In this document: piece by piece, positions 37,565 to 49,654 of the stretch
Numbering within the stretch: position 1 is the first letter of the stretch
Layout of the letters: every line of letters starts with the position of its first letter
Assembly (NCBI RefSeq): GCF_030028105.1
Contig: NC_092391.1
Span: forward strand, 8,281,223 to 8,345,222
From: Mobula birostris
Lineage: Eukaryota
Reading direction: 5' to 3'
DNA: 64,000 bases
Translations under genes and position numbers: made by a program
Notes under the pieces: model-generated
Told to the model about the DNA's origin: nothing
Seen by the model: only the letters and a program-made list of their open reading frames with translations
Databases searched by the model: none

Positions 37565-39108
37565 GTAATGCATTCTTGCCTCTGTTTTGGCTGGATTACA
37601 AACAGGAATAACACTGGATGTCTAGAGTATTGTACACAGTACTTTGCAATGTTGTGCACATTTGTGGTCACCCTGTTAAAGGTAAGATATCTTCAGTCAG
37701 GAGAGGGCACAGAAGAGGTTTATGAGGGTGCTGATGAAGGGTCTCAGCCTGGAATACAACTGTTTAATCCTCTCCAGAAAGGTTGCCTGACCCACTGAGT
37801 TCGACAGCAGTAAGTGTGTGAACACTGGACTTCCAGCACCTGCAGAATCTCTTGTGTTTAGGAGGATGATATCTGGACTAGAGGCCCTGAGTGAGAGGGA
37901 GAGGTTGCCTCACTAGTTCTTTATTCCCTGCAGTACAGAAGAATGAAGGGTGACCTCGTACAATCATAGGGGCTGTGGGTAAGGTGGATGGTCAGTACCT
38001 TCTCCTCAAAGAGGCTGCAGGTACGAGAGGGAAGAGATTTAAAAGAAACCTGAGCGGTTTCGTTACACAGAGACTATTGAGTACAAAAGGAACAGCCTGC
38101 CAGAGGAAGTGGGTAAGAGGGTACAACTGTAACATTTAAGAGACATCTGGATAAGTACATAGAGCGGAAGGGTTTGGAGCTTTATAAGCTGAACATGGGC
38201 AACTGGGACCAGCAGGGAGGATGCTGTGGTCTGCATGGACCATTTAGGACAAAAGGTCTGTTTTGTGCCAAATAATGCAAGTTGAGGCTGGTTTAATGGG
38301 ACAACATAGCCATTGGCTGCTCGCCTGGAACAGATCTTCACTCATCTTTCACGATGAGAGTCAGCGAATTAAGTTAAGATTGGGGAAGGCAAATGTTTTG
38401 ATTTACTGAGATCTGTCCAAGGAGAACATTTGCCATCTTCAACATTTGCCTGTATGCATGTACGCACAATGGTCAGCTCTAAACTGCCCTGGGAAATGGC
38501 AAGTAGGCCACTCAGCTGCAGTGGTTCTGGATGGAAGATCAATACGGTGGTCAGTCACATTGTTAAGGGGACCACGTCGGCCACACCCAAATTCCAGAAA
38601 TCTATCTCCAGTACCCTGACTGATGAAGGCCAGCATGTCAAACCCTGCCTTCACCACTCTTTCAGAATCAGGTTTAATATCACTAGTGTATCTCACAGGA
38701 GATACATTTCTAAACATATTTATTTATTGATTGAGATACAGCAAGGAATAGGCCTTTCCAGCACTTTGAGACACACCACCCTGCAATCCCCCAATTTAAT
38801 CACAGAACAATTTATAATGATCAGTTAATCTACCAACCAGTACATCTTTGGACTGTGGGAGGAAACCCACGTGATCACAGGGAGAGCGTACAAACTCCTT
38901 AAAGGCAGCGGCAGCTGCCAGTGATATTTCAGTGAGAAAACAAATCTCACAAAATATAGAAAATGAATGCTTCTTACATTAACTTTTTAAATGAAAACTG
39001 ATTATAAGTTGCAATGTATCACTGATACTTGATAATTCTGGCATTCCTCACTGGCAGTGTGTTTTGAATACAGAGATACATTTTTAATGATTACTTTTCT
39101 TTCTCTAG

Positions 39109-39189
39109 GTGAGACGGTACAATATCTCCAGTTGTCAATTTTCCTCTGTGGAGGCTATTCTGATTGCTGGAACCTATGAAGAACCATAG
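39109..39189 (+). CDS. WDR38: WDR38 exon 9, last coding exon (VRRYNISSCQFSSVEAILIAGTYEEP*)
   Basis: Strong pyrimidine tract TTTTCTTTCTCTAG|, TAG stop at 39187-39189. SCQFS..ILIAG is a partial WD repeat. AATAAA follows at 39313. Confidence 0.82.
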   Translation: MRRYNISSCQFSSVEAILIAGTYEEP

Positions 39190-39312
39190 CAAAGACAACA
39201 AATCTATCAAGAGTATCTATTACCAAGATTTTAAAGTCAAAGCCTAAATAGTATTTTAAGATTTACCCAAGCCACACCACTTTAACATTGGACTAAGTTA
39301 GCATCAAGAATT

Positions 39313-39318
39313 AATAAA
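39313..39318 (+). terminator. Probable WDR38 polyadenylation signal AATAAA
   Basis: First AATAAA seen after the stop, 124 nt downstream. Confidence 0.55.
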
Positions 39319-39782
39319 GTATATAATGACTCAGTTTTAAATTGAGCCAAGAATTAATGGCTGAGGTAAAACCCTACTATTTCTGGGAGGCAGTGTTTCC
39401 AATTGGGGATTTGGAATTTTATCAGCACTGCTATGAAACAGCACAAATGAAACCCAGAAAGATTCCCATGACATATTCCCTATAGACTAACTTTTGCTCA
39501 TTGTTTCATCCCCTCTTATGAAATGCCTTTTTGTTTTGCCATGACAAGTACATGCTCTGAGCTTGAGATTCTGCAGATGCTGAAAATCTTGAGCGTCACA
39601 CACGCAAAAGGCTGGAGGAACTCCACAGGTCAGGCAGCATCTATGGAGGGGAATAAACAGCCAACTTTTCGGGCCAAGACCCTTCATCTGGACTGAAAAG
39701 GTTCTAAGCTGACGTCTCAGTGTAGGACTGAGGTCCCATTACACTCATGATTGGCAGTGTTTTTCAGAGTGATGTTAAAGCA

Positions 39783-40334
39783 TGGGGCGTCAGGGAGGGG
39801 TAGCACCTCTGGTGGGGGAACATTTCGCGTCGTTTTCAAGGCGGTTAGTCCACCTTTGGTCCCCACCTGGCACTCAGCTCTCACCTCTGTCTCCCCATAG
39901 CTGTTTGCATGCGACAGCGGCCACACCCCGGGCAACAGCTTCGACAAGCCGGCTAAACCAGGTGAGGGTAGCCGACGGGTCTCAAACCCTCGGTGAGATA
40001 GGGAGTTGTCTATCCCAGCCTGCGAAGACAGACTCCGGCGGATTAAGCGGACGAGACCAATGGAAGGTCCAACGGTCAAGGCGGTCTCTGCAAGCGTCGT
40101 GGAACGTGTAGAGCAGGACAAGACACAGAAGACGTCCTGGTCATCCACTGCGCCTAGTCTCATCTCCAGCCGTCTAGACTCTGTCTTGCCACTGGATCCA
40201 GATGGGAATTGGGACGAGAGAGTGAGGCTGACGCTCCGCAACTCTCCCCCACTTAAATCCAAATCACCCGCGAGTCTCGACACCATCACAATGGTGTCGA
40301 GGTCCTCATCGACGTCGACGATGGACGAACAACA
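39783..40334 (+). mobile_element. Young non-autonomous RTE-like retroposon
   Basis: 7-bp TSD TAAAGCA, CpG-rich, 3' stem-loop at 40276-40301, AAC-type tail. Confidence 0.65.
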
Positions 40335-40539
40335 TAAAGCAACTCACCACTAGGCTAAATGAGCTTAAAGAAATTAACATTGGAATATAAACTAGTAGGG
40401 AATTTAAAGCGCCTGAAAAATAATAAACTACCAGAACTGAGCTGCAGGTGGAAATCGTATTCGTGTGTTCAATTATAACACCTGAGATGTTTGGATAGGT
40501 ACATGGATGAGAGGGATTTGGAGGGCTCTGGTCTGGGTG

Positions 40540-41380
40540 ACAGAATGGTGTTGTCATAATAACCTGGACTTGAACATCACAAAAACCAAGGAGCTGATAG
40601 TAAACTTCAGGAAATCAAAGCGCGTCGAGCACTCCGCTCTGCACATATACGGGAAAGAGGTGGAGAGAGTAGAGAGTTTCAAGTTCCTCGGCGTCCACAT
40701 CTCGGCTGATCTCACCTGGACTGCCCATATCTCTTATCAGGTGGGGAAGGCCCAACCGAGGCTCTACTTCCTAAGGAAGCTAAAGCACGCTCTCCTCCCT
40801 CATCACCTGCTGATCAACTTCTATCGGACAACTATAGAGAGCCTCCAGACGTATTGCTGTGCAGTGTGGTTTGCCAGCTGCACAGAACAGAACAGGAAGG
40901 ACTTGCAGCGGGTGGTGAGGGTAGCAGAGCGGGTTATTGGCACATTACCCTCCCTCAGAGACATTTATACTGGCAGACTTCAAAAGAAGGCTACTTGTCT
41001 TTCAAAGGATCCTACTCATCCTGGACATCACCTGTTTTCCCCTCTACCTTCTGGGAAGAGATACAGAGCATTAAGGACGAAAACAAAGAGACTCCCTAAC
41101 AGCTTCTACCCACAAGCAGTGGAATGTATAACACCCCCTTCCCTTCTCCTGCCCCCCTCCTAAGACGGCGGCAGCTAAATGCATCACACTTCCAGGAATG
41201 GCAGGTGTGCAATAGTCCTACCCCCCCCCCATCCATATATTATTAATTTTGGACTGCACTCCTGAGGTTTTAGAGTTTATTTTATGTGCATATTCTTTGT
41301 CATGCTGCAAAACGTTGAGCTGCTAAACTGTGTTTCATTGCTCCACAACAATGACAATAAAGATATTCTATTCTATTCTA
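40540..41380 (+). mobile_element. 5'-truncated Rex1/Babar LINE with an uninterrupted ORF2 C-terminus
   Basis: EWCCHNNLDLNITKTKELIVNFRK...HPGHHLFSPLPSGKRYR, followed by AATAAA and an (ATTCT)n tail. Confidence 0.88.
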
Positions 41381-41407
41381 GATGGAACTAGGCAGAAAAT
41401 CAGACCA

Positions 41408-41615
41408 AACAACAGGAATACTGCAGATGCTGGAAATTCAAGCAACACACATCAAAGTTGCTGGTGAACGCAGCAGGCCAGGCAGCATCTCTAGGAAGAC
41501 GTACAGTCGACGTTTCAGGTCAAGACCCTTCGTCAGGACGAAACGTCGACTGTACCTCTTCCTAGAGATGCTGCCTGGCCTGTTGCGTTCACCAGCAACT
41601 TTGATGTGTGTTGCT
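41408..41615 (-). mobile_element. Young palindromic Penelope-derived mini-element with a hammerhead core
   Basis: Perfect 14-bp TSD AGAAAATCAGACCA and about 77-bp inverted arms. Minus strand reads GTC-CTGACGA-AGGGTCTTGACCT-GAAA-CGTC-GAC. Confidence 0.85.
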
Positions 41616-43169
41616 AGAAAATCAGACCAGCATGGACTCGATGAGCCTGTTTCTGCATTGCAGCACTCCATGTTAAGGTTTAGAAATAGGTGGCTAAATT
41701 GGTTGTCATCTCAAATTATTTTACAACAGTTCGCTAAAATGGCAGCAGATGTAACCCCATGATTTGCAGAAAATATCAGTTAGCTCAACATCAATAATTA
41801 GAAATTGCTCTGAGTTTTCAGTAAATGGTGACATGACACAAATAAAGAGATTGGTTCGATTTGATGTTGGTTTACAAAAGAGAAATCAGGATTGACAAAT
41901 AAAGAGGAAACCAGCGGATCTGGTATATCGAGACTTTCAGTAACAAGCCCCACTAGAGGTTATAAAGGAAAATTAGAGAACAGATTTGGGTTAATGTACT
42001 GCTAGAGATTGTGAATGCAAAGCAGCAGGAGGCTGTCACAGATGGGATGCTGCCAGAATCAGTGTAGGGCTTGCATTTGTGCACATTTTTCAATGCTACA
42101 AATTTCCCAATTAATGGATACAGATCAATTTCTACAAAAGTTTATTACATTAAAACTCATACCTGGAGAAATGTAAACGTGTGTAACACTATCACAGTGT
42201 AAGCAACCCAGGTCCAATTCTACCACTGTCTGTGGGAGTTCGTATGCTTTCCCCGTGACTGCGTGGGGTTGTGCCCACATTCTAAAAACGTACAGGTTAA
42301 TAGGTTTATTGGTCACATTAATGTAATTGGGCAATGTAGGCTTGTTAGGCCAGAAGGGCTTGTTATCATGTATCTCTAAATAAAGCCTCATCTTCTATGG
42401 GGAATATCAGCAGCCTCAAACAGTTAAGAACTACTCAATCACCATTGAGCACACCAACATCATTTATGCTTACAGGAGCCTCTGGACCCACACCACCAGG
42501 TTCAAGAGCAGTTATTACCCCTCAACCATCAGGTTCTTGAACCGGAGTGGACAGCTTAACTCAACTTCACTCACCCCCACACTGAACTGTCCCCACAACC
42601 TACAGACTCACGTTCAAGGACTCATCTCATGTTCTCCATATTGCTTATTTATTATTATTTTAACTTTGTATTTGCCTTTTGTTGTCTTTTGCACATTGGT
42701 TGTTTGCCTGTCTTGTCGTGTGCAGTCTTTCATTGATTCTATTGCAATTCTTTGTATTTACTGTGAATGCCCACAAGAAAATGAATCTCAGGGTTGCATA
42801 TGGTGACATATTCAGAATGCACTTTGAAGTTTTCTTTGAAACTGTGATTTTACTCCCAAGGATGCAGTAAATGGACTGTACTAAACTGAAGCACACAGGC
42901 AATGGCCACCGCTGGCATTTGGGTGCTCGAGCTCCCCAACCACCCCATCACCATCTTGAATAGCTTGTTTGTTCTAATAGGCTCCTTTCCATGAACATGA
43001 TCTAAAAGGACCCTTCTATGTTACTGGGCTTTACATGTGCATTTGGAAGTCTCCCTATGCATTCAGTACCCTTACTGTAAGGAGTGGACTAGTCAAGCGA
43101 CTAACTAAATATCTGAGGGACCACCATCAACAGGTCATTCAGCTGACCTGACCTGCAGAAGGTCCCACA

Positions 43170-44000
43170 AGCCAGACTCAGATTCCTCATCAGGGCAACC
43201 TGTACCTTACCCTGTCCCCAGTATCTTCACCAGTTGGTTTGGCAGTGAGGACAGCTGCCCCCTGTGTGATACCACCAATGCCAACTTCCAACACATTCTG
43301 GCATGATGCAAGACTGCGCTGTCCCAAGGGCGCTAGAGATGGCAGCATGAGCAGGTCGTAAAGAAGCTGGCTGAGATCCTAGAGACCTGCAGGTGGGATG
43401 ACAACACATCCCATTTAATAAGGCTCATAAGAGGCTGACTGCACCCGCCCAGGAGCTCCCCTTCACAAGCAAGGAGTGGAACACGAGGGCAGATCTCAGC
43501 AGACAGCTACAGTTCCCCATGGAAATCACCACATCTCGCTGCCCTTATCTAGTACTGTGGTCCATGGCCACCAAGACAGTTGTCCTCATTGAGTTAACCA
43601 TGCCATGGGAGCATGGGAGGAATAGAGGCAGCCCACAAGCAGAAGAGCTTAAGTACTCAGACCTGGCAACTGAGTGTAAGGAGGACCATCATCAACCCCG
43701 TGGAGGTAGGACGCCAGGGCTTTATCAGTACATCAATAACAAGGTTACTTCAGAATGCGCCAGTGACTGGAGAGGGGCTCAGGAAGGCCACTAGAGAGCA
43801 GGCTGAAGAGGCAGAAAAAAGCATTTGGCTGTGGCTGAGGAGAAAGGGCAGACCCCACTGAAAGCTGCAGGATGTGGCAGAGACCCCTGTTCCACCACCA
43901 GATGTAGCAGGGCTAAGGGAGCAAAGCATCAATGTACACAGGCCTCCAGCTGACCTAAGGGCACTGCTGGATGTGCAGCAGGCAACTCGCATTGTATATG
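43170..44000 (+). mobile_element. Hero/R2-superfamily non-LTR element 3' fragment (restriction-like endonuclease)
   Basis: CPLC..HILA.C zinc knuckle, RWQHEQV, LVLWSMATKTVVLIELTMPWE, KY..LA and PVEVGRQGF, interrupted by stops and frameshifts. Confidence 0.75.
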
Positions 44001-47000
44001 AAAGCCCACCAGTTTCCTTGGCTGCTTAAGTCTAGGAAATACACACTCCAGTCCTGCCAAACCCGAGGTTGAGACAGCTCTCCCAGCCCTTACCCTGGTT
44101 TGTGTGGATGCTGTGTAATTTGCTACCCTGTTACAACTCAATGCCAAGAAATAAGACAGCATAGTGCATACAATTAAAGGAATTATATTTATGAATCTTA
44201 ACTAAAGGGTTAGCAAAGAAAAAAACAGAAAGGGTCCATTATAATTAAAGTCAAATGTGCACAAGTTGGAGACCCTCTTCTCAAAATTCACATTCACCGA
44301 TCCTCAGTCAATCTCTGCACCTTGCTCCATCGAATCATGGTCCCTCAGCAGGTCGAATCCTATGACCAGTTCTCCGGTCTTTTCTCTTCATCTCCCGCTG
44401 AACAAAGGACTCAACTCACATTCTAAAGCACCTGTTAGCTCTGACCACAACCCAAACACTACTTCAACATAAAGACCAATACATTAGCAGTGAAACCTTT
44501 CCCAGGATGTTACATTATATATACATATATGTGTTTGCAAACCAGGAAACTGTATATTGGGGTTTATCTGATGACACAAAGTTGGGTGCCAGTTTGTTGA
44601 TAAGTGGCCTCGAGAGGTACAAGACCAAGTGAATGTGTGAAGATATGGGCAACGAAATTATAAAAATAAAGGGCATCTAATTTGGTGGAAAGCATAGCAA
44701 GTTTTTATAAAGTGCCAGAAACTGAAAGGTCTCTTACCTTACTCAAAAGATCCTGTCCTTAGGCATGAGTTGCAACATTAATGTGTAAGTAGAAAGCAAT
44801 TTAAAGGGCAAACTTTCAGTTAGTTGGCTTTGAGCAGGTGTGTTTAAGTACAAGAATGATGCATCTTATTGGGCCTGGTGTCCCAACAACCAACCTTACA
44901 GCCAATACAAGACGAAGGAATGGACTGTGGACTTTAGGAAGGGGAAGTGAACACACCAGTCCTCATCACGGGCTAGGGAGTAGAAAGGGCAAGTAGTTAC
45001 AAGTTCCTGGGGTGCCAACATCAGTGAGAACTTATCCTGGGCCCAACATATTGATGCAATTACAAAGGTGGCAAAACAGTGGCTATATTTCATCAAGAGT
45101 TTGAGATCTGGTATGTCACCAAGACACTCGCAAATTTCTACAGACATACTGTTGAGGGCATTTTAACTGGTTGCAGCACCAGAGTAGGAAAAGTCACAAA
45201 CTCAGCCAGCTTCATCATGGGCACTAGGATCCTCAGCATCAAGGACACCTTTAAAAGGCGACATCCATCATTAATAACCCCCATCACCCAAGACATCGCT
45301 ACCTTCAAGGTACAGGAACCTTAAGACACACTCAATGTTCAGCTTCTTCCCCACTGCCAGATTCCCGAAAGGACAATGAACCAATATACACTACCTCACC
45401 ACTTTTTTTCTTTTCTGCTCTTATTGTAAGTAATAGTTTGTAATGTACTGCTGACATACGCCAGTGATATTAAACTTGATTCTGTCTGGAGTTGGGAGTA
45501 CTGCATACAGACAGGTCTGGTCACTCAACCCAACATATATTTATGAAAGAATGCAGCACTGATTGCTGAGATGGAGAAATTGTGTCAATAAGATAGATGG
45601 AGCAGATAGCTGTTCCAGTATACAAGCAGCTGCAATTGCATCAAGATACAAAAATCAGTGCTTGACAGATAGCTATAGTCATTGTTTCTCTGTATAAAGC
45701 ATTTGGAACCAGGGGTCAGACTCAAAATAAGGTAGTGGCCATTCAGTACATCCAGAAGGAAATTTTCTCACCCACTGTTTAGGGAACTTTTATGACTAAG
45801 TTTAATTCTTAAGTGAATTAATTAAATATAGAATTACCACTCAATGGGATTATTGATGCTCAGTTGCCAAGTATATTCAAGTCTGACTGATTTTTTATGA
45901 TAAAGGAATCAAGAGATTTGGTACTGATAAACAGAATGTCCTTACTAACTGGCTGAGCAGTCACAGGGGTCTGGATGACCTATTCCTGATTCTATTTACA
46001 CTTCCACCAACATTCCTAGGGGATCACAGGAACAGAGGCAGGATGAATTATATGGTACAATTCTTTGGAACATGACGGACCAAGGTCAGAAAGCAGCAAA
46101 TACAGAAGACTCATGCATCAAGCATAAACAACAATGTGGGGCACACTGTGTGAAAAATCAATAAAACAGGTTTATATCCGAGAGAACTGGGTAATGACTT
46201 GGGGTGGGGGATGAGAAGGAAAAGGACAGCCCAGGGGTGATAGCTTATTCATTAGCACACTGCTTTACAGTTTAATTCCTGTTGCTAAGTTCTCCCTGTA
46301 ACCACATGGGTTTCTCCCCACATTCCACAGATGTACAGGTTAGGGTTAGTGAGTTGTAGGCATGCTATGATGGTGCTGGAAGTGTGGCAAGACATGTTGA
46401 CTGCCCAGCACAATCCTCACTGATTTGATGCATTTCACTGCATTTCTCAATATACATGACAAGCCAATCTTTCTTTTTTTAAAAATGAGTGGGATGGAAG
46501 CGAGCAAGATGCTTCCTCCTGTTTATCAGATTTTCAAATATGATTGGACTCTTCCCAAGCACAACATAGGTTATAGTCAAAAGTTTTTGCTCATATTTGT
46601 ACTTGTGTTGTCTTAATAACTGGGCAGATAGCTGTGAAAGGAGGGGAGATTTTTAAGTAAAAGGCTAGCTCCATTGAAACACACACAAAATGCTTGAGGA
46701 ACCCAGATCAGGCAATATCTATGGAAATGAATAAACAGTCAACACTTCAGGTCAAGAACCATCTTCAGGACTGGAAAGGAAGGGGGAAAACGCCAGAATA
46801 AAAGGTGAGGGAGGGGAAGGAGATGGCCAGGTGGGCAGGATAGGTACAGCAAAGGGACATGTATCAAAGGTCAACAGACCACTGTGATACTAACGGACAA
46901 CTCGGGATAAACTGCTACACAAAGAATATTATCAATAGCAACACACACAAAATGCTGGAGGAACTCAGATCAGACAGTAACCATGCTGCCTGACCTGTTA

Positions 47001-48494
47001 AATTCCTCCAGTATTTTGTGTAATGCTGAATTTCCAACATTTGTAGATTCTCTTGTGTGCAGAGAAATAGCTGCTCAGATGTCCATAATCTGCCTTTGTA
47101 CTGAATACATTTTAAAATATTTTCCATGAAGGTCAATAACCAATAATTTGTGAACACAAAGAGTTAATCAGTAGGAAACAAATAACTTCCAACCACCCAT
47201 CCAAGACAACTGAGTTCAAAGCCTCAGTTTCAGCTGCAGTCAACTACACTGTAACTTGCCAATGTAACCTTTCACTATTGCCCCATTTCCATTTTAGAAA
47301 TCAGAGAACTTAAATGTCCTTCTGTCCTTAATGCATAAATTTACTATTTATAGGCATTTTAAAATTTCTGAAATACAAACATCTGTTGAATGAAACAGTT
47401 TAATCCTTTTTCTCTGGCAGTAGTTCAGGTATGTTAATGTTACCCATTAATGAGAATCCAGATAGCTATTTTAACACGTTCATTCTCACCCCCTGCACCA
47501 CAATAACCTATGTTTAATTACGCATTAAACCTAAATATATCGCATCTCAATTAAAATCTTTCTCCCCCACCCAATCTCATGCATATCCTTTCGTAAAAGA
47601 AAAACTCAGCAAATTTCCAGTCAAGTCTCTCCAATACCATTCCCACAGTGCTGGTGGCACACAAATGCAATATAAATGTACCACATTAGAAGGCAGGTCC
47701 ACCCAAAATATCGCCAGAAGCAAACCTTATAAATGGCTGCCCTTGCTTGCCCAGTCAATTTCGTTCCAGTGGAGGGTGATTTGAGTTCTCAATACATACA
47801 CTGATCATAAACAGAAGAGGTTCAGCAGATGCGAGAAATATTGCACAACACACACAAATGCCAAAGGAACTCAGCAAGTCAGACAGCATCTGACTTGTAG
47901 AGACGAGCAGTCAGCGTTTTGGGCCAAGACCCTTCACTAGGAAGTGTTTCAGGACCCAAACCGTTGACTGCTTATTCCAAGACGAGCAGTCAGCGTTTTG
48001 GGCCAAGACCCTTCACCAAGTGTTTCAAGACCCAAACCGTTGACCCCACCACAGAGGCTCTACCTTGAATTCCCACACAGATCAATGCCCTTCTGTCAAA
48101 CAGCAAAATGTCAAGTTCATAAACTGATAAAGTAGAAGCAACTGTGATGGCTAGAATCTGCAGGGAAGGGTGATCTGCCTGGTTACCGGACAATTTCACA
48201 CCGCTACGGTAGTTACTGGATTTCTGGTCCAATGCCAGTTTCAGCATACATGACAGTAGTTACTGTGCTCAAATCAAAGAGAGTTTGTACGTTCTCCCTG
48301 TGACCACATGGGTTTCCTCCCACAGTCCGAAGATGCTGGTAGGTTAAGTCATTGTAGGCTAGGATTAAACTGGGGGATTGCTGGGCATTGTGACTTGAAG
48401 GGCCTATCCACTCTGTTTCTCAACAAACAAACCATGCACTCTGAAGCCAGACCCAATCACCCCAACAATATCACAGGATATTTCCCAAGGATTT

Positions 48495-49242
48495 AGAAAC
48501 AGAAAATCTACAGTACAATACAGGCCCTTCAGCCCACAAAGTTGTGCCGAACATGTCCCTACCTTAGAAATTACTAGGCTTACCCATAACCCTCTATTTT
48601 TCTAAGCTCCATGTACCTATCCAAAAGTCTCTTAAAAGACCCTATCGTATCCACCTCCACCACCGGCAGCCCATTCCACGCACTCACCGCTCTCTGCATA
48701 AAAAGCTTGCCCAACATCTCATCTGTCCCTCCTCCCCAGCACCTTAAACCTGTGACGTCTCATGGCAACCTGGGAAAAAGCCTCTGACTATCCACTCAAT
48801 CAATGCCTCTCGTCATCTTACGCACCTCTATCAGGTCACCTCTCAGCCTTCGTTGCTCCAAGGAGAAAAGGTTAAGTTCACTCAACCTATTCTCATAAGG
48901 CATGCTCTCCAATCCAGGCAACATCCTTCTAAATCTCCTCTGCACCCTTTCTATGGTTTCCACATCCTTCCTGTAGTGAGGCGACCAGAACTGAGCACAG
49001 TACTCCAAGTGGGGTCTGACCAGGGTCCTATATAGCTGCAACATTACCTCTCGGCTCTTAAATTCAATCCCACGATTGATGAAGGCCAATACACCATATG
49101 CCTTCTTAACCACAGGGTCAACTTGCCCAGCTGCTTTGAGCATCCTATGGACTCGGACCCCAAGATCCCTCTGATCCTCCACACTGCCAGGAGTTTTACC
49201 ATTAAAACTATGAACTGCCATCATATTTGACCTACCAAAATG
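48495..49242 (-). mobile_element. Young CR1 LINE 3' fragment
   Basis: ORF 48796-49224 [38 protein letters not shown]. Confidence 0.92.
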
Positions 49243-49504
49243 AATTAATCAGATGTTCAATTAAAATTGTGATCTGTTGAAGGTTCTTCAGAGAATTTAT
49301 TTGTTGTGCAATTAGGCAATGAGATCTCTCCTCAAACCCTCCCTTAAGTTACAGGAGTACATACATCAACAGGCGGACAAGGGGATAGGATGTGTGCAGT
49401 ATTCCTCAACACTCACAATTCACACAAACTCCCTTTAATTAGAAAAATGCAACAAAATCATTCAACTTGAAGACATGAGCACGTTTTTATGCTTTTATGA
49501 ACAT

Positions 49505-49654
<150 letters not shown>

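Noticed and set aside
44070-44515. Possible solo LTR (TG...TGTTACA); similar case at about 28903-29140
   Set aside because: No convincing TSD or boundaries by eye.
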